DNA of 64,000 nucleotides from contig CAVTHS010000014.1 in NCBI GenBank assembly GCA_963734535.1, forward strand, positions 160,001 to 224,000, in the 5' to 3' direction. Source of the stretch: an uncultured Chloroflexia bacterium. GTDB lineage: Bacteria; Chloroflexota; Limnocylindria; Limnocylindrales; CSP1-4. Positions 9,088-20,845 of the stretch are shown here, one piece after another. The translations under genes and the position numbers were made by a program. The notes under the pieces were generated by a model. It saw nothing but the letters and a program-made list of their open reading frames with translations. It did not search any database and was not told the origin of the DNA. Position 1 is the first letter of the stretch; every line of letters starts with the position of its first letter.

Positions 9088-10158
9088 ATGGAAGTCGCTG
9101 CATTCGCCGTGGGCGTGCTCCTCCTGGCGCTCGCCTTCTGGGACCTGTTCGAGACGGTCGTCGTGCCACGGCCGACGCCGGGCTGGTTTCGAATCAGCCG
9201 GTACCTCGTGCGCGGCTCGTGGCGCGGTCTCCGGGCCATCCTGAGCGCCCTGCCCGCCAGGTCCCACGACACGATCCTGGGGCTGTTCGCCCCTGCGGCC
9301 ACCGTCGCCCTCCTGGGAGCCTGGCTCGTCACCCTCATCGCCGGGTATGGCCTGATCCTGTTCGCCCTGCGCGATGAGCTGCGGCCGGTGTCGCCCGATC
9401 TCGGCAGCTCGCTGTACTTCGCCGCGAGCTCCGTGCTGACCCTGGGGTTCGGCGACATCGTGGCGACCGGTGCGGCGGCGCGCATCGTCATCGTGGTGGC
9501 GGCGGTGACCGGCCTCGGGACCGTCGCCCTCGTCGTGACCTTCCTCTTCTCGCTGTACGGCTCATACCAGCGCCGCGAGATCCGGGTCGTCGCCCTGCAG
9601 GCGGCGGCGGGGGCACCGCCCTCGGCCGTCGCCCTTCTCGAGAACTACGCCCTGCTTGGCCTCATGGGGCGCCTCCCCGACCTCTTCCTCGAATGGGAGG
9701 ACTGGGCCGTCGAGGTCCTCAATTCGCACATCGCCTACCCATTGCTGGGCTTCTTCCGCTCGAGCCACGACAACCTGTCCTGGATCAGCGCCCTCGGGAC
9801 CATCCTCGACGCCGCAAGCCTGGTGCTCACGACGATCAGCGGCGTGCCGCGTGGCGAGGCCAAGCTGGCCAAGCGCGTGGGCACGCACCTGGTGGAGGAC
9901 ATCTTCAACCTCGGATTCCGCTCCGGCATCCCGACGGGCCTGGATCGCGCGGCATTCGACGCGGCGTGCAGTCGTCTCGAGGAGGCGGGCTACACCCTCG
10001 AGGCACGCGATGCCGCCTGGCCCCATTTCGAGGCCGCTCGCGCCACCTATGCGCCGCGCCTGGAGGCGATGGCCCGCTACTGGGCCACGCCGGCAACGTC
10101 GTGGCTCGGCGATCCGGTCGGTTTGAGGGCGCCGCTCCACCCGGTGGATGACCCGTAG
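9088..10158 (+). CDS. Potassium channel family protein (Ion_trans_2)
   Basis: TLGFGD pore motif, YQRRE, SHIAYPLLGFFRS...SW conserved tail. Confidence 0.85.
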   Translation: MEVAAFAVGVLLLALAFWDLFETVVVPRPTPGWFRISRYLVRGSWRGLRAILSALPARSHDTILGLFAPAATVALLGAWLVTLIAGYGLILFALRDELRPVSPDLGSSLYFAASSVLTLGFGDIVATGAAARIVIVVAAVTGLGTVALVVTFLFSLYGSYQRREIRVVALQAAAGAPPSAVALLENYALLGLMGRLPDLFLEWEDWAVEVLNSHIAYPLLGFFRSSHDNLSWISALGTILDAASLVLTTISGVPRGEAKLAKRVGTHLVEDIFNLGFRSGIPTGLDRAAFDAACSRLEEAGYTLEARDAAWPHFEAARATYAPRLEAMARYWATPATSWLGDPVGLRAPLHPVDDP

Positions 10159-10199
10159 GGTCTTCCACGAATCCGTGCGCGGCCCGGCCGCGTGAGCAG

Positions 10200-10543
10200 T
10201 TGCGGTCTGCCGGCGGGCGACACCTTTTCGTCCGTCCTGTGCCTGCCTGTTCCGACGACTTCGACATCGCGCATTCGGCGTTCCGCTCGAGACGGCCGAT
10301 CGGCGGCGCTTCGAGGAACGGAGCCACGCCTGACGACGCTCGCCGCCAGCGGACCGCTCGGGGGCGGCCCTGTCCACGCTCGGGGTCTTGGTCCCGCCCG
10401 GCTCGTGGCAGGTGACGGTTGCCGCGTCGGCTCTCGCGTCGGCGGCTCTCCTCGTCATCTACTTCGATCCCCAGCTCGTGCTCGGCATCGGGATCGACGC
10501 CGTCCTGCCCTGGATCGTCGTGGCCAGGGCGTGGGTGCCGTGA
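10200..10543 (+). pseudogene. Decayed small membrane-protein gene
   Basis: A hydrophobic C-terminal fragment (LGVLVPPGSWQVTVAASALASAALLVIYFDPQLVLGIGIDAVLPW...*, 10379-10543) has an in-frame TGA at 10331 and no start codon between that stop and the fragment. Upstream pieces lie in another frame. Confidence 0.5.
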
Positions 10544-10650
10544 CAGGACCGACGCCACCGGGCGGGACTCTCGGCGCGCAGCGGGGAACGTCGGCCTGAT
10601 CGCGCCCAGCTCCTCCCGTCACACCGGTTGCCGGAGACGGGCATCCGTGA

Positions 10651-11919
<1,269 letters not shown>

Positions 11920-11967
11920 TCGATCGGACGATCACAACATCGATCGGAATCTAGAGAGGAGGACTCA

Positions 11968-13428
11968 ATGTCTGGTACAGACCGTGACGGGTCGCCGATC
12001 CGAGGCCGGCTCGTTCGCAGTCCACGAATCCTTGTGGCCAGCCTTGCCGTGCTGGCGATCATCGCAAGCGCGTGTGCGCCCGGCGCAACGGTTGCCCCGT
12101 CGGCATCGCCCGCGCCGTCAACTGCAGTTGCATCACCTGCCGCGTCCGCGAGTCCTGCCACGCCCGCGAGCGCCAGCCCGTCGGAGAGCGCAGCCGCAGC
12201 CGCACCGACCTGCGGGACTGACCCCGTGGTGCTGAACGCCTACTTCGAAACAGGATTCGATCTGCCCTTCAAGCTCTCCACGGAGTTCACGAAGCAGTTC
12301 CCGAACGTCACCTGGAAGATCAGCCAGGACCAGTTCAGCAACCTCATGACCTCCACGCCGCGACTTCTCGCGGGTGACAATCCACCGGACTTGATCCGGC
12401 TCCCGACCATGGTCTCCCTCGTGAAGGACAGCCTTCTCAAGAACCTCGATGGCTACGTGACGGCGTTCGGCTGGGACAAGTGGCCGGCCGCCCAGCTTTC
12501 CCAGAACCGTGTCGCCGCTGACGGGACTCGCGGCTCCGGATCCCTCTACGCGGCCGGGCTCAACTACAGCCTGACGGGCGTCTTCTACAACAAGAAGCAG
12601 GCCGCCCAGATCGGCATGACGCAGCCACCGGCGACCGTCGCCGAGTTCGAAGCACTCCTGGCCAAGGCGAAGGCCGCGAAGCTCCAGCCGATCATGGCGT
12701 GGAACGCATCGGCCAGCGGCGGCGGGCTTGCCTTCCCGCTCCAGCAGCTGATGGCCGCCTACGGGCCGACGCAACCGATCAACGACTGGATCTTCCAGAA
12801 GCCCGGCGCGACCATCGACACGCCCACCAACCTGACGGCCGCCCAGCACCTGCAGCAGTGGATCGCGGCCGGCTACTTCAACAAGGACACGAACGCGACC
12901 GAGTACACCGACGCCAACGCCCGCTTCGGCAAGGGCGAGGGCGTGTTCATGTTCAACGGTGACTGGCAAGATGCGGCGTATGACACGGCCGCACCGGGCA
13001 ACATCGGGTTCTTCGTCTTCCCGTCGGCGACCGCGGATGGTCCGGTTGCGGCGATGTCCGCGCCGCTCACCTACGGCATCGCAGCCAAGGCCAAGAACGC
13101 GGACTGCGCGGCCTTCTTCCTCAACTGGGTGGCGACCAACCCGACCGCGCGCCAGGTTGACGTGACCGTGGGTGGCTCCAACCCCGGCGGGCCGACGGAT
13201 CTTGCCATCCCGCCGGCGGCAACCGGCTCGATCATCAACGACACGCTGGCCGCGGGCGGCGCTGTCGCCAAGGCCAATGGCGCGATGGACTTCATCGCGA
13301 ACGCGACCGGCACGATCTTCGCGAAGGGCTGGACGCCCGAGCTTCAGAAGATGGTCGGTGGCAAGGAGACTCCGGAAGGCATGCTGAAGGCCGTTCAGGC
13401 CGAGTACCTGACCGAGCTCGCGCAGTGA
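11968..13428 (+). CDS. Sugar ABC transporter substrate-binding lipoprotein
   Basis: Hydrophobic signal with an ASAC lipobox, Ala/Ser/Pro linker, CUT1-type SBP fold; GAGGAG SD. Confidence 0.9.
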   Translation: MSGTDRDGSPIRGRLVRSPRILVASLAVLAIIASACAPGATVAPSASPAPSTAVASPAASASPATPASASPSESAAAAAPTCGTDPVVLNAYFETGFDLPFKLSTEFTKQFPNVTWKISQDQFSNLMTSTPRLLAGDNPPDLIRLPTMVSLVKDSLLKNLDGYVTAFGWDKWPAAQLSQNRVAADGTRGSGSLYAAGLNYSLTGVFYNKKQAAQIGMTQPPATVAEFEALLAKAKAAKLQPIMAWNASASGGGLAFPLQQLMAAYGPTQPINDWIFQKPGATIDTPTNLTAAQHLQQWIAAGYFNKDTNATEYTDANARFGKGEGVFMFNGDWQDAAYDTAAPGNIGFFVFPSATADGPVAAMSAPLTYGIAAKAKNADCAAFFLNWVATNPTARQVDVTVGGSNPGGPTDLAIPPAATGSIINDTLAAGGAVAKANGAMDFIANATGTIFAKGWTPELQKMVGGKETPEGMLKAVQAEYLTELAQ

Positions 13429-13449
13429 CCAACGCCGCGGATCGATGCG

Positions 13450-14398
13450 ATGGGCGATAGCGTTTTCCTCCGGGTCGGCCATCACGTCCCCGCGGCATCA
13501 CGACTACGGACCTCGCGCTGGCGCGGGGTCCGTAGTCCCCACCTTGTCGGCTGGCTATTCGTCCTGCCGGCCCTCGCGATGTACGCGGCCTTCGTGCTGC
13601 TGCCGCTGGTCCTCACCGTCCAGTACTCGTTCTACCGGTGGGACGGGATCGGGCCGTCGCAATGGGTCGGTCTCAAGAACTACGTGACCGTCCTGACGGA
13701 CCCCGATCTCGTCGGCGTGATCCTCAACGCTTTCAGATTGATCTTCTTCTTCTCGCTGATCCCGGTTGGTCTCGGGCTCGTCGTCGCATCCGTCATGCGG
13801 CGGGTTGCCACGGGACGTTTCGGAACCGTCACGCAGACGGTGCTGTTTCTCCCCCAGGTCATCCCGCTCGTCGCAGCCGGAATCGCCTGGAAATGGGTCC
13901 TCTCCACGTCGGGCGTCGTCAACCAGGTTCTATCCGCAGTCGGGCTCGACGGGGTCACGCGAGCGTGGCTCGGGGACTTCGACTTTGCCCTGCCCGCCGT
14001 CGGCATCATCGGCGCCTGGGTGCTGATCGGACTGTGCACGATCCTGCTTCTCACCGGCATGAGCAAGATCGACCCCGCCCTGTACGAGTCGGCCCGGCTC
14101 GATGGCGCGGGAGCCGTGCAGGAGTTCAGGTCGATCACGCTCCCGAGCCTGCGCCAGGAGATCGGCGTCTGCATCACCGTCACCGTCATCGCCGCCCTGG
14201 CGAGCTTCGACATCGTCTACATCGCGACGGGCGGCGGTCCTGGCCTGGCAACGACGGTCCCGGGGCTGGACATCTACCAGCTTGCGTTCGCCGGCCGGGC
14301 GGTCGGGATTGGCCTCCGCGCTGGCGGTGGTCCTGTTCATCCTCGTCCTCGCCTGTGTGCTCCCGATCCAGCGCCTCGCCCGTGGGGACGAGGCATGA
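13450..14398 (+). CDS. Sugar ABC transporter permease 1 (1-nt indel near 14305)
   Basis: FVLPAL, WVGLKNY and the EAA loop LYESARLDGA. The C-terminus GLASALAVVLFILV...* is in the next frame and ends in an ATGA overlap with permease 2. Confidence 0.88.
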
Positions 14399-15219
14399 TC
14401 GTCGCGCGGCGCGAGGTCTTCACTGGCAGGCTGCTGCTCGTGGCCCTGGTCGCATTCACGGTGCTGCCGTTCCTCAGCCTGTTGTCGGCCGCGCTGGCGC
14501 CCTCTGATTCGACGCCGCTTGGGATCCAGTGGCCGTCGGACCCCCAGTGGGGCAACTTCGTCGACGCGTTCAACGTCGCCCAGATGCCCGCGCTCCTGTG
14601 GTCGAGCACCGTCATCGTCCTCGGCGTGGTACCCGCGGCGGTCGTCATCTCCACGATGGCGGGGTTCGCGATCGGCCACCTGCGAATCCCCGGGGGGCGG
14701 CTGCTCTTCCTGCTCTTCCTGCTGGGCCTCACGCTGCCGTTCGAAGGGATCATCACGCCGCTCTACTACCTGGTCCGCGGCTACGGGATCCTGAACACGA
14801 AATGGGCCATCATCCTGCCGCTCATCGGTCTCTACATGCCGTTCGCCGTGTTCTGGATGCGAGCGCACTTCATCAACATGCCGAGAGAGCTCTCCGAGGC
14901 TGCGCGCGTCGACGGGGCGGGCACCTGGGACCTGTTCCGGCACATCCATCTCCCGATGGCGCGGCCGGCGATCTCCGCCCTGACCATCCTGCTGTCGGTG
15001 TGGACCTGGAACCAGTTCCTGCTGTGCCTGGTCCTCGTCGAGGACCCCCTGCAGCGGACCATGGCGGGCGCGCTCGGTGCCTACCAGGGCCACTACGCGA
15101 CGAACATCCCGCTGCTGTGCGCGGGGTCGCTCCTGATCCTGACCCCGACCCTCGTGGTCTTCCTGCTCTTCCAACGACAGTTCATCTCGGCGCTCCTGCA
15201 AGGCTCGCTGAAGGGCTGA
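14395..15219 (+). CDS. Sugar ABC transporter permease 2
   Basis: EAA loop ELSEAARVDGA, WNQFL, LFQRQFISALLQGSLKG. Confidence 0.92.
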   Translation: MIVARREVFTGRLLLVALVAFTVLPFLSLLSAALAPSDSTPLGIQWPSDPQWGNFVDAFNVAQMPALLWSSTVIVLGVVPAAVVISTMAGFAIGHLRIPGGRLLFLLFLLGLTLPFEGIITPLYYLVRGYGILNTKWAIILPLIGLYMPFAVFWMRAHFINMPRELSEAARVDGAGTWDLFRHIHLPMARPAISALTILLSVWTWNQFLLCLVLVEDPLQRTMAGALGAYQGHYATNIPLLCAGSLLILTPTLVVFLLFQRQFISALLQGSLKG

Positions 15220-15292
15220 CGTCGGCACGCCCCCGGATCGATTCGCCCGGTCGAGGCGGCGGGCGATCAACTGGACATGATCGGAGTTGCGT

Positions 15293-16462
15293 ATGTCGGC
15301 AGAGATCCATGGAGGGGCGGAGGACGGATTCGGACCGGTCGCCGACGCATTTGCGGCGAACTTCAGGGACGCGGGCGAACGGGGCGCCGCCGTGTGCCTC
15401 TACGCGCACGGCAACAAGGTCGTCGATCTCTGGGGCGGCGTCGCGGATCGACGGGACCGACCGTGGGCGCGGGACACGCCAGCCATCGTCTTCTCGGTGA
15501 CCAAGGGCGTGCTCGCGATCTGTGCCTACCACCTCGTCGGGCAGGGACGGCTCGATCTGGACGCTCCGGTCGCCAGGTACTGGCCCGAGTTCGGGGCGCA
15601 CGGCAAGGCGGCCATCTCGGTGCGGATGCTGCTCAGCCATCGCGCCGGACTGGTCGCCCTCGATCGGGACCTGACCTTCGACGACGTGCTCGCGTGGGAT
15701 CCGGTCATCCGGGCCATCGAAATGCAGGCGCCGCTGTGGAGGCCTGGTACGGCGTACTCGTACCACACGATCACCTATGGCTGGCTCGTCGGGGAGGTGA
15801 TCCGGCGTATCAGCGGGAAGAGTCCCGGCGAGTTCCTCCGCACGGAGCTCGCACGCCCTCTTGGGCTCGATTTCTGGATCGGGGCGCCTGCGTCGGTGAT
15901 CGAGCGAGCGGCATGGCTCGAGCCACCCATGCCCGATCCGGATCCAGCCCTGGGCGCCGTCATCGCCACCTGGTTCGCAGATGAACCGGTGGCCGATCGG
16001 GCTGGATCGATGGGGGGAGCATTCGGGTTTCCGCTCACCAACGGGCAGGTCACCTTCAACGATCCCGCGATCCAGAGAGCGGAGATCCCGGGCGCGAACG
16101 GGATGGGCACGGCGGACGGCCTCGCTCGGTTGTACGCTGCCTGCGTTTCCGAGGTTGATGGGCAACGGATCATGACGCCCGCGCAGATTGAGGACGCCCT
16201 GGTCGCCCGATCATTCGGACAGCAGGTCTTCGGCCCGCCCGATCGAGGGGAGAGATGGGGCACGGGCTTCGCCCTCGACTCGCCGGCTCAGCCGCTTCTC
16301 GGGCCGCGCAGCTTCGGACACGGTGGAGCCGGGGGAGAGCTGGCATTCGGCGACGACACGCACCAGGTCGGTTTCGGTTACGTCAACAACCAGATGGGCG
16401 GCATCGGCGATGCTCGCGCCACCCGGTTGACCGCCGCCGTCCGAGCGTGCCTTCGTGGTTGA
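15293..16462 (+). CDS. Serine hydrolase (class C beta-lactamase / family VIII esterase fold)
   Basis: FSVTK (SxxK), LLSHRAGL, YHTITYGWL, FGHGGAGG; no signal peptide. Confidence 0.9.
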   Translation: MSAEIHGGAEDGFGPVADAFAANFRDAGERGAAVCLYAHGNKVVDLWGGVADRRDRPWARDTPAIVFSVTKGVLAICAYHLVGQGRLDLDAPVARYWPEFGAHGKAAISVRMLLSHRAGLVALDRDLTFDDVLAWDPVIRAIEMQAPLWRPGTAYSYHTITYGWLVGEVIRRISGKSPGEFLRTELARPLGLDFWIGAPASVIERAAWLEPPMPDPDPALGAVIATWFADEPVADRAGSMGGAFGFPLTNGQVTFNDPAIQRAEIPGANGMGTADGLARLYAACVSEVDGQRIMTPAQIEDALVARSFGQQVFGPPDRGERWGTGFALDSPAQPLLGPRSFGHGGAGGELAFGDDTHQVGFGYVNNQMGGIGDARATRLTAAVRACLRG

Positions 16463-16495
16463 TTCGACGTTCATCGAGCCGCAGAAAGGGACCAG

Positions 16496-17954
16496 GTGCG
16501 AAGCGCGCCCCAGCTGATGACGTACCCGGATTCGCTGGGAGGCGACCTCGCGGCCCTTGACGGGCTGCTCCGTGGTCCGCTCGAGGGACTCTTCGGCGGG
16601 ATCCACGTCCTGCCGCCGTTCCCGTCGTCCGGCGATCGCGGGTTCGCGCCGCTGACGTACGGGGAGATCGATCCGCGGTTCGGCAGCTGGGCTGACGTGG
16701 AGCGCATCGCGCAGCGCCACGACGTCGTGCTCGACCTGATGGTCAATCACATCTCGCGACGGTCGATCGAGTTCGAGGACTTTCTCCGCCTGGGTCGCAG
16801 GTCGCGATACAGCGACCTGTTCATCACGGTTGACAAAGTGTGGCCGAACGGAGATCCCCCCGGCGACGAAGTCGCGCGGATCTTCCTGCGCAAGCCAAAT
16901 TCGCCATTCTCGACCGTGACGATCGAAGGTTCGGCGGAGACCGAACGCGTCTGGACCTCCTTCGGCACCCGGGAGTGGTCCGAACAGATCGACCTCGACG
17001 TGACATCGCAGGCGACGCGATCGCTTCTGACCGATTGGCTGCGGTCATTCGCCGCTCACGGAGTCCGGATCGTCCGCCTGGACGCCGTGGGCTACGTCAT
17101 CAAGAAGGCAGGCACCAGCTGCTTCATGGTCGAGCCCGAGATCTACAGCTTCCTCGACTGGATCGTCGGGGTCGCCGACTGCATTGGGCCTGGTCGTCCT
17201 TCCCGAGGTGCACGATCGGTACTCGACGCACCTGACCCTCGCGGCGCACGGCTACTGGACCTACGACTTCGTCCTTCCGGGTCTCCTTCTCGACGCACTC
17301 GAGGCAGGCTCGGCCAGGCACCTGGCCGACCACCTCGCCCGATCGCCTGAACGCCAGTTCACCATGCTCGATTGTCACGACGGCATCCCTGTTCGCCCGG
17401 ACCTTGATGAGATCCTTCGGCCGCGCGAGATGCTCCGCCTGGCCGACCTGGTCGAGCGTCAGGGCGGGAACGTCAATCGCATCCTGTCCGACGCCCACGC
17501 GGACGGTGGCGTCGATGTCCATCAGCTCAACTGCACCTATTACTCGGCCCTCGATCGCGACGACGACCGATACGTCGCCGCTCGAGCCATCCAGCTGTTC
17601 GCGCGCGGGGTCCCGCAGGTCTACTACGTCGGCCTGCTTGCTGGCGAGAACGACCATCAGGCAGTGACCGAAACCGGCGACGGGCGCTCGATCAACCGGC
17701 ATGACTACACCGTCTCGGAGGTCGAGGCGGCGCTTCGGCGGCCGGTCGTCCAGCGCATCTTCGATCTGGTCAGGCTCCGCAACGTCGAGCCTGCCTTCTC
17801 AGGACGTCTCGACGTCACCACCGTGGATTCGGCGACGCTCCGACTGACATGGAGCCTGGGCGCTGATGCGTGTGAGCTCGAGGTCGACCTGCGGTCAGGC
17901 CGAACGGCGATCGCGAGACGCCACGATGGCATCGAACAGCGGATCCTGGCCTGA
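16496..17954 (+). CDS. GH13_18 sucrose phosphorylase family, sucrose-6F-phosphate phosphorylase-like (1-nt indel near 17181)
   Basis: QLMTYPDSLGG, GDRGFAP, RLDAVGY (nucleophile), LPEVH, CHDGIP, DVHQLNCTYYS, GVPQVYYVG; split across two frames. Confidence 0.9.
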
Positions 17955-17980
17955 AGGGCGCACGAGGTAGGGACGGCACC

Positions 17981-18907
17981 GTGCTCCGCCTCGACGACCG
18001 GTGGGCCTGGGACTCCTGGATCGCGGATACCGGGTCCGACTACCACCTGTTCTTCCTCAATGCGCCCCGATCGCTGGGCGATCCGAACCTGCGTCACCGC
18101 AGGTCCGTCGTTGGGCACGCCGTGTCGTCGGACCTCGTCCACTGGGAGGAGCTCGGCCAGGCCCTGGGCCCGGGGCCGAAGGGGGCGTGGGACGACGTGG
18201 CGATCTGGACGGGCTCGGTCATCCGGGACGACGACGCCTGGTACATGTTCTATACGGGCTCGTCGACGCGTGACCGGGCTCTGATCCAGCGAATCGGCCT
18301 CGCGACCTCGCCGGACCTCCTGACGTGGACGAAGCACCCGGCCAACCCGATCATCGAAGCGGATCCGGCGTGGTACGAGCAGCTCGACACCACGGCCTGG
18401 CATGATCAGGCCTGGCGTGATCCGTGGGTGTTCGCCGATCCCGAGGGCGACGGGTACCACGCGCTCATCACCGCCCGGGCATCGACCGGTCCGGTCGATG
18501 CCCGCGGAGTCGTCGCCCACGCCCGGTCCAGGGACCTCGTCCACTGGGTCGTGCGCCCGCCGGTCTCGGCGCCGGGCGAGTTCGGCCAGCTCGAGGTGCC
18601 GCAGGTCGAGGTCGTCGATGGCAGGCCGATCCTGGTGTTCTCGGTGGGAGCGACCGAGGTCGGGCTGAAGCGAATGGCGCTCCATCCCGACGTGCCGAGC
18701 GGGACCTACGTCTGCCCGGGCGTTTCCCTCCTCGGCCCCTTCGACCTCGAACACGACGCGCGGCTCGTCTCGGACCTGTACAGCGGCCGGCTGGTGCGCC
18801 GGCGAGATGGCGGTTGGGCGCTGCTCGGATTCGTCAACCTCGCAGCTGACGGGGGCTTCGTCGGTGCGATCTCGGACCCGCTGCCCTTCGAGCTCCCCCG
18901 CTCGTGA
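17981..18907 (+). CDS. Clan GH-J (GH32/GH68-like) beta-fructosidase, propeller domain only
   Basis: WAWDSW, WTGS, WRDPW and LEVPQ catalytic motifs. Confidence 0.85.
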   Translation: MLRLDDRWAWDSWIADTGSDYHLFFLNAPRSLGDPNLRHRRSVVGHAVSSDLVHWEELGQALGPGPKGAWDDVAIWTGSVIRDDDAWYMFYTGSSTRDRALIQRIGLATSPDLLTWTKHPANPIIEADPAWYEQLDTTAWHDQAWRDPWVFADPEGDGYHALITARASTGPVDARGVVAHARSRDLVHWVVRPPVSAPGEFGQLEVPQVEVVDGRPILVFSVGATEVGLKRMALHPDVPSGTYVCPGVSLLGPFDLEHDARLVSDLYSGRLVRRRDGGWALLGFVNLAADGGFVGAISDPLPFELPRS

Positions 18908-18965
18908 TACCGGCCCAGCGTCATCCGCCCGTTCAACACGCGCCGGTCGCAGCAGAGGAAGGAGG

Positions 18966-19339
18966 TGGTGGAGATGGGGGAGAGTCGAACTCCCCGTCCG
19001 AAACCCGTGACCCGGACCCACTACGAGCGTGTCCGATGCTTGATCTCGACCGACCCACCCCCATCGGCAGGGGCGATGATCGGTCCAGCTGCGTGTCCCT
19101 AGATCGGGCTTCGCTCCCGGCTACGCGGCGCTTGCCGGGGCTGCATCCCCGCTGAGTGACGCTTCCACGGCCCACGGGGAGGAGGCCGCTTCCACGCTCA
19201 CCTTACCGCCTAAGCGGCGAGGGCGAGAGCAGGCTGCTTGTTGGCAGTTACTTCGTTTTGCCGCCTTTTAACGAGGCCAGAGCGGCATCCTCGGCTCGCG
19301 TTTCCGGGCTGCAGGGCCCCGTCGAGACCACGCATCCCC
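18966..19339 (-). ncRNA. ssrA: tmRNA; predicted tag ANKQPALALAA
   Basis: 5' GGGGATGCGTGGTCTCGACGGGG; 3' GGACGGGGAGTTCGACTCTCCCCCATCTCCACCA; resume signal TAACT-GCC and tag ORF ending LALAA-TAG; close to smpB; TAGAAT -10 at 19396-19401. Confidence 0.96.
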
Positions 19340-19529
19340 ACCGATCGGAGCGGCGCACCGGCCGTTCCGCGCCGACCCGAAGGCCGGCCACGGACATTCT
19401 ACTCCGAGGCCCGATGCGACCCGTGGAGCCCGGCGATCGTCCGGCGGCGATCCCGCCCGTCTGCCCGGTCCACGGCCGCCGCCTCGATCAACCGGTACCA
19501 TCCCGTGACGGGAGCAGGGGAGCCAATCG

Positions 19530-20090
19530 ATGCACGACACCGCGCGCGAGCGCACCGACGCCCGAGCCGCGGGTCCCTCCGCCCGAGCCGCGACCCCGGG
19601 TGACGGCGCCGCGATCGCCCGCATCTACAGCGACGGGATCGAGGACCGGATCGCCACCTTCGAGACCCGCCCGCGAATGGCGTCGGACGTCGCCGCCTGG
19701 TTCGACGGCCGCCACCCGATCGTCGTCGTGGGTGACCCCGATGGGAACGTCGTCGGGTTCGCCGCCACGTTCGAGTACCGGCCGCGCGCCTGCTACGCGG
19801 GTGTCGCGGAGTTCTCCGTCTACGTCGCGCGAACCTTCCGGCGACAGGGGATCGGCCGGCTCGCGATGGAGGCGCTCATCGAGACGGCCGCGTCGGCCGG
19901 CCTGTGGAAGCTCGTGTCGCGTGTCTTCGTGGAGAACGAGGCGAGCCGACGGCTGCTCGTCGACCTCGGGTTCCGCGAGGTCGGCGTCTACCGCCGGCAC
20001 GGCCTGCTCGACGGACGATGGCGGGACGTGGTGATCGTGGAGCTGCTCCTGCCGTCGGCTCTCGAGGAGGCGCCGTCGCCGGGCGCGTGA
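19530..20090 (+). CDS. GNAT acetyltransferase (PAT/ArsN1-like)
   Basis: IYSDGIEDRIATFET, YRPRACYAGVAEFSVYV, GFREVGVYRRHG.LDGRWRDV. Confidence 0.88.
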   Translation: MHDTARERTDARAAGPSARAATPGDGAAIARIYSDGIEDRIATFETRPRMASDVAAWFDGRHPIVVVGDPDGNVVGFAATFEYRPRACYAGVAEFSVYVARTFRRQGIGRLAMEALIETAASAGLWKLVSRVFVENEASRRLLVDLGFREVGVYRRHGLLDGRWRDVVIVELLLPSALEEAPSPGA

Positions 20091-20168
20091 CGCACCGACG
20101 ATGTCTGCGCCCGGGGCGCCGTGCCGGGACCCGGCCTTGGCTTCCTTCCGACAGTCGAGCTGTTGGAG

Positions 20169-20633
20169 TTATCGCCCCCGGGCAGAGTCGGCCATGGTCC
20201 TGTCCAGGTCGCGACGCGCGTCTCGCTCGGCGATCTCGCGGCGACGGTCGTAGAGCTGCTTCCCGCGCCCCAGCCCGATCTCCAGCTTGGCATGCCCGCG
20301 GCCGTCGATGAAGAGGCGGAGCGGGACGATCGTCAGGCCCTTCGACTTGGTCTTGCCGAGGAGCTCGTCGATCTCGTCGCGATGGAGAAGCAGCTTGCGG
20401 GACCGCTTCGTCTCGTGGTTGAGGCGATTGCCCCCGGCGAATGGGGCGATGTGGGCGCCGACCAGCCAGGCTTCACCGCGCTCGATCCGCGCGTAGGCCT
20501 CCTGCAGGCTGACGTGGCCCGCCCGGATCGACTTGATCTCCGTCCCGGTCAGGACGAGGCCGGCCTCGAACGTGTCCTCGATGGAGTAGTCGTGGCGGGC
20601 CTTGCGGTTGAGGGCGATGGTCGCTTCGCCCAT
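20169..20633 (-). CDS. smpB: SsrA-binding protein
   Basis: NRKARHDY, EAGLVLTGTEIKSIR, RKLLLH, GKQLYDRR. Confidence 0.98.
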   Translation of the reverse strand: MGEATIALNRKARHDYSIEDTFEAGLVLTGTEIKSIRAGHVSLQEAYARIERGEAWLVGAHIAPFAGGNRLNHETKRSRKLLLHRDEIDELLGKTKSKGLTIVPLRLFIDGRGHAKLEIGLGRGKQLYDRRREIAERDARRDLDRTMADSARGR

Positions 20634-20694
20634 CGGTGGCGGCTCCTCGTGGTGGATGGTGGCGCTGGCATGCGGGTGCGCCTCGCGGACGCAC

Positions 20695-20726
20695 GAAGGC
20701 CGGCTCCGCTGCCGGAACCGGCCCTC
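20695..20726 (-). terminator. GC-rich hairpin (terminator or attenuator-like) upstream of smpB
   Basis: GGCCGGTTCCG-GCAG-CGGAGCCGGCC stem-loop on the minus strand; only a weak U tail. Confidence 0.45.
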
Positions 20727-20763
20727 GAACGCGTTTCGAGTTGCCCACCCGCTGGGGCGTCCG

Positions 20764-20817
20764 TCAGGCGGATGCTCCCTGCGAGGTGGTGCAACGACGC
20801 GGACTACTGTCTGTCAC
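20764..20817 (-). CDS. Putative 17-aa leader peptide MTDSSPRRCTTSQGASA
   Basis: GTG lies 5 nt after GAAAGGAGGTGAT and downstream of a sigma70-like promoter. Confidence 0.5.
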   Translation of the reverse strand: MTDSSPRRCTTSQGASA

Positions 20818-20845
20818 TGCACATCACCTCCTTTCGGTTGGCGAA

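Noticed and set aside
13450-15219. Apparent 589-aa fusion of two sugar permeases
   Set aside because: Removing one G near 14305 restores a normal permease-1 C-terminus whose stop overlaps the permease-2 ATG, so the fusion is an indel artefact.
15293-16462. Beta-lactam resistance gene
   Set aside because: It has no signal peptide, and its motifs and operon context fit a cytosolic esterase.
20804-20824. Alternative mini-ORF MCSDRQ from the ATG inside the long SD
   Set aside because: The ATG overlaps the SD itself, so the spacing is incompatible with initiation; the GTG frame is preferred.
20823-20835. 16S rRNA gene remnant (ATCACCTCCTTTC on the plus strand)
   Set aside because: The flanks show no other 16S sequence, and the minus-strand promoter/SD/ORF context explains it better.
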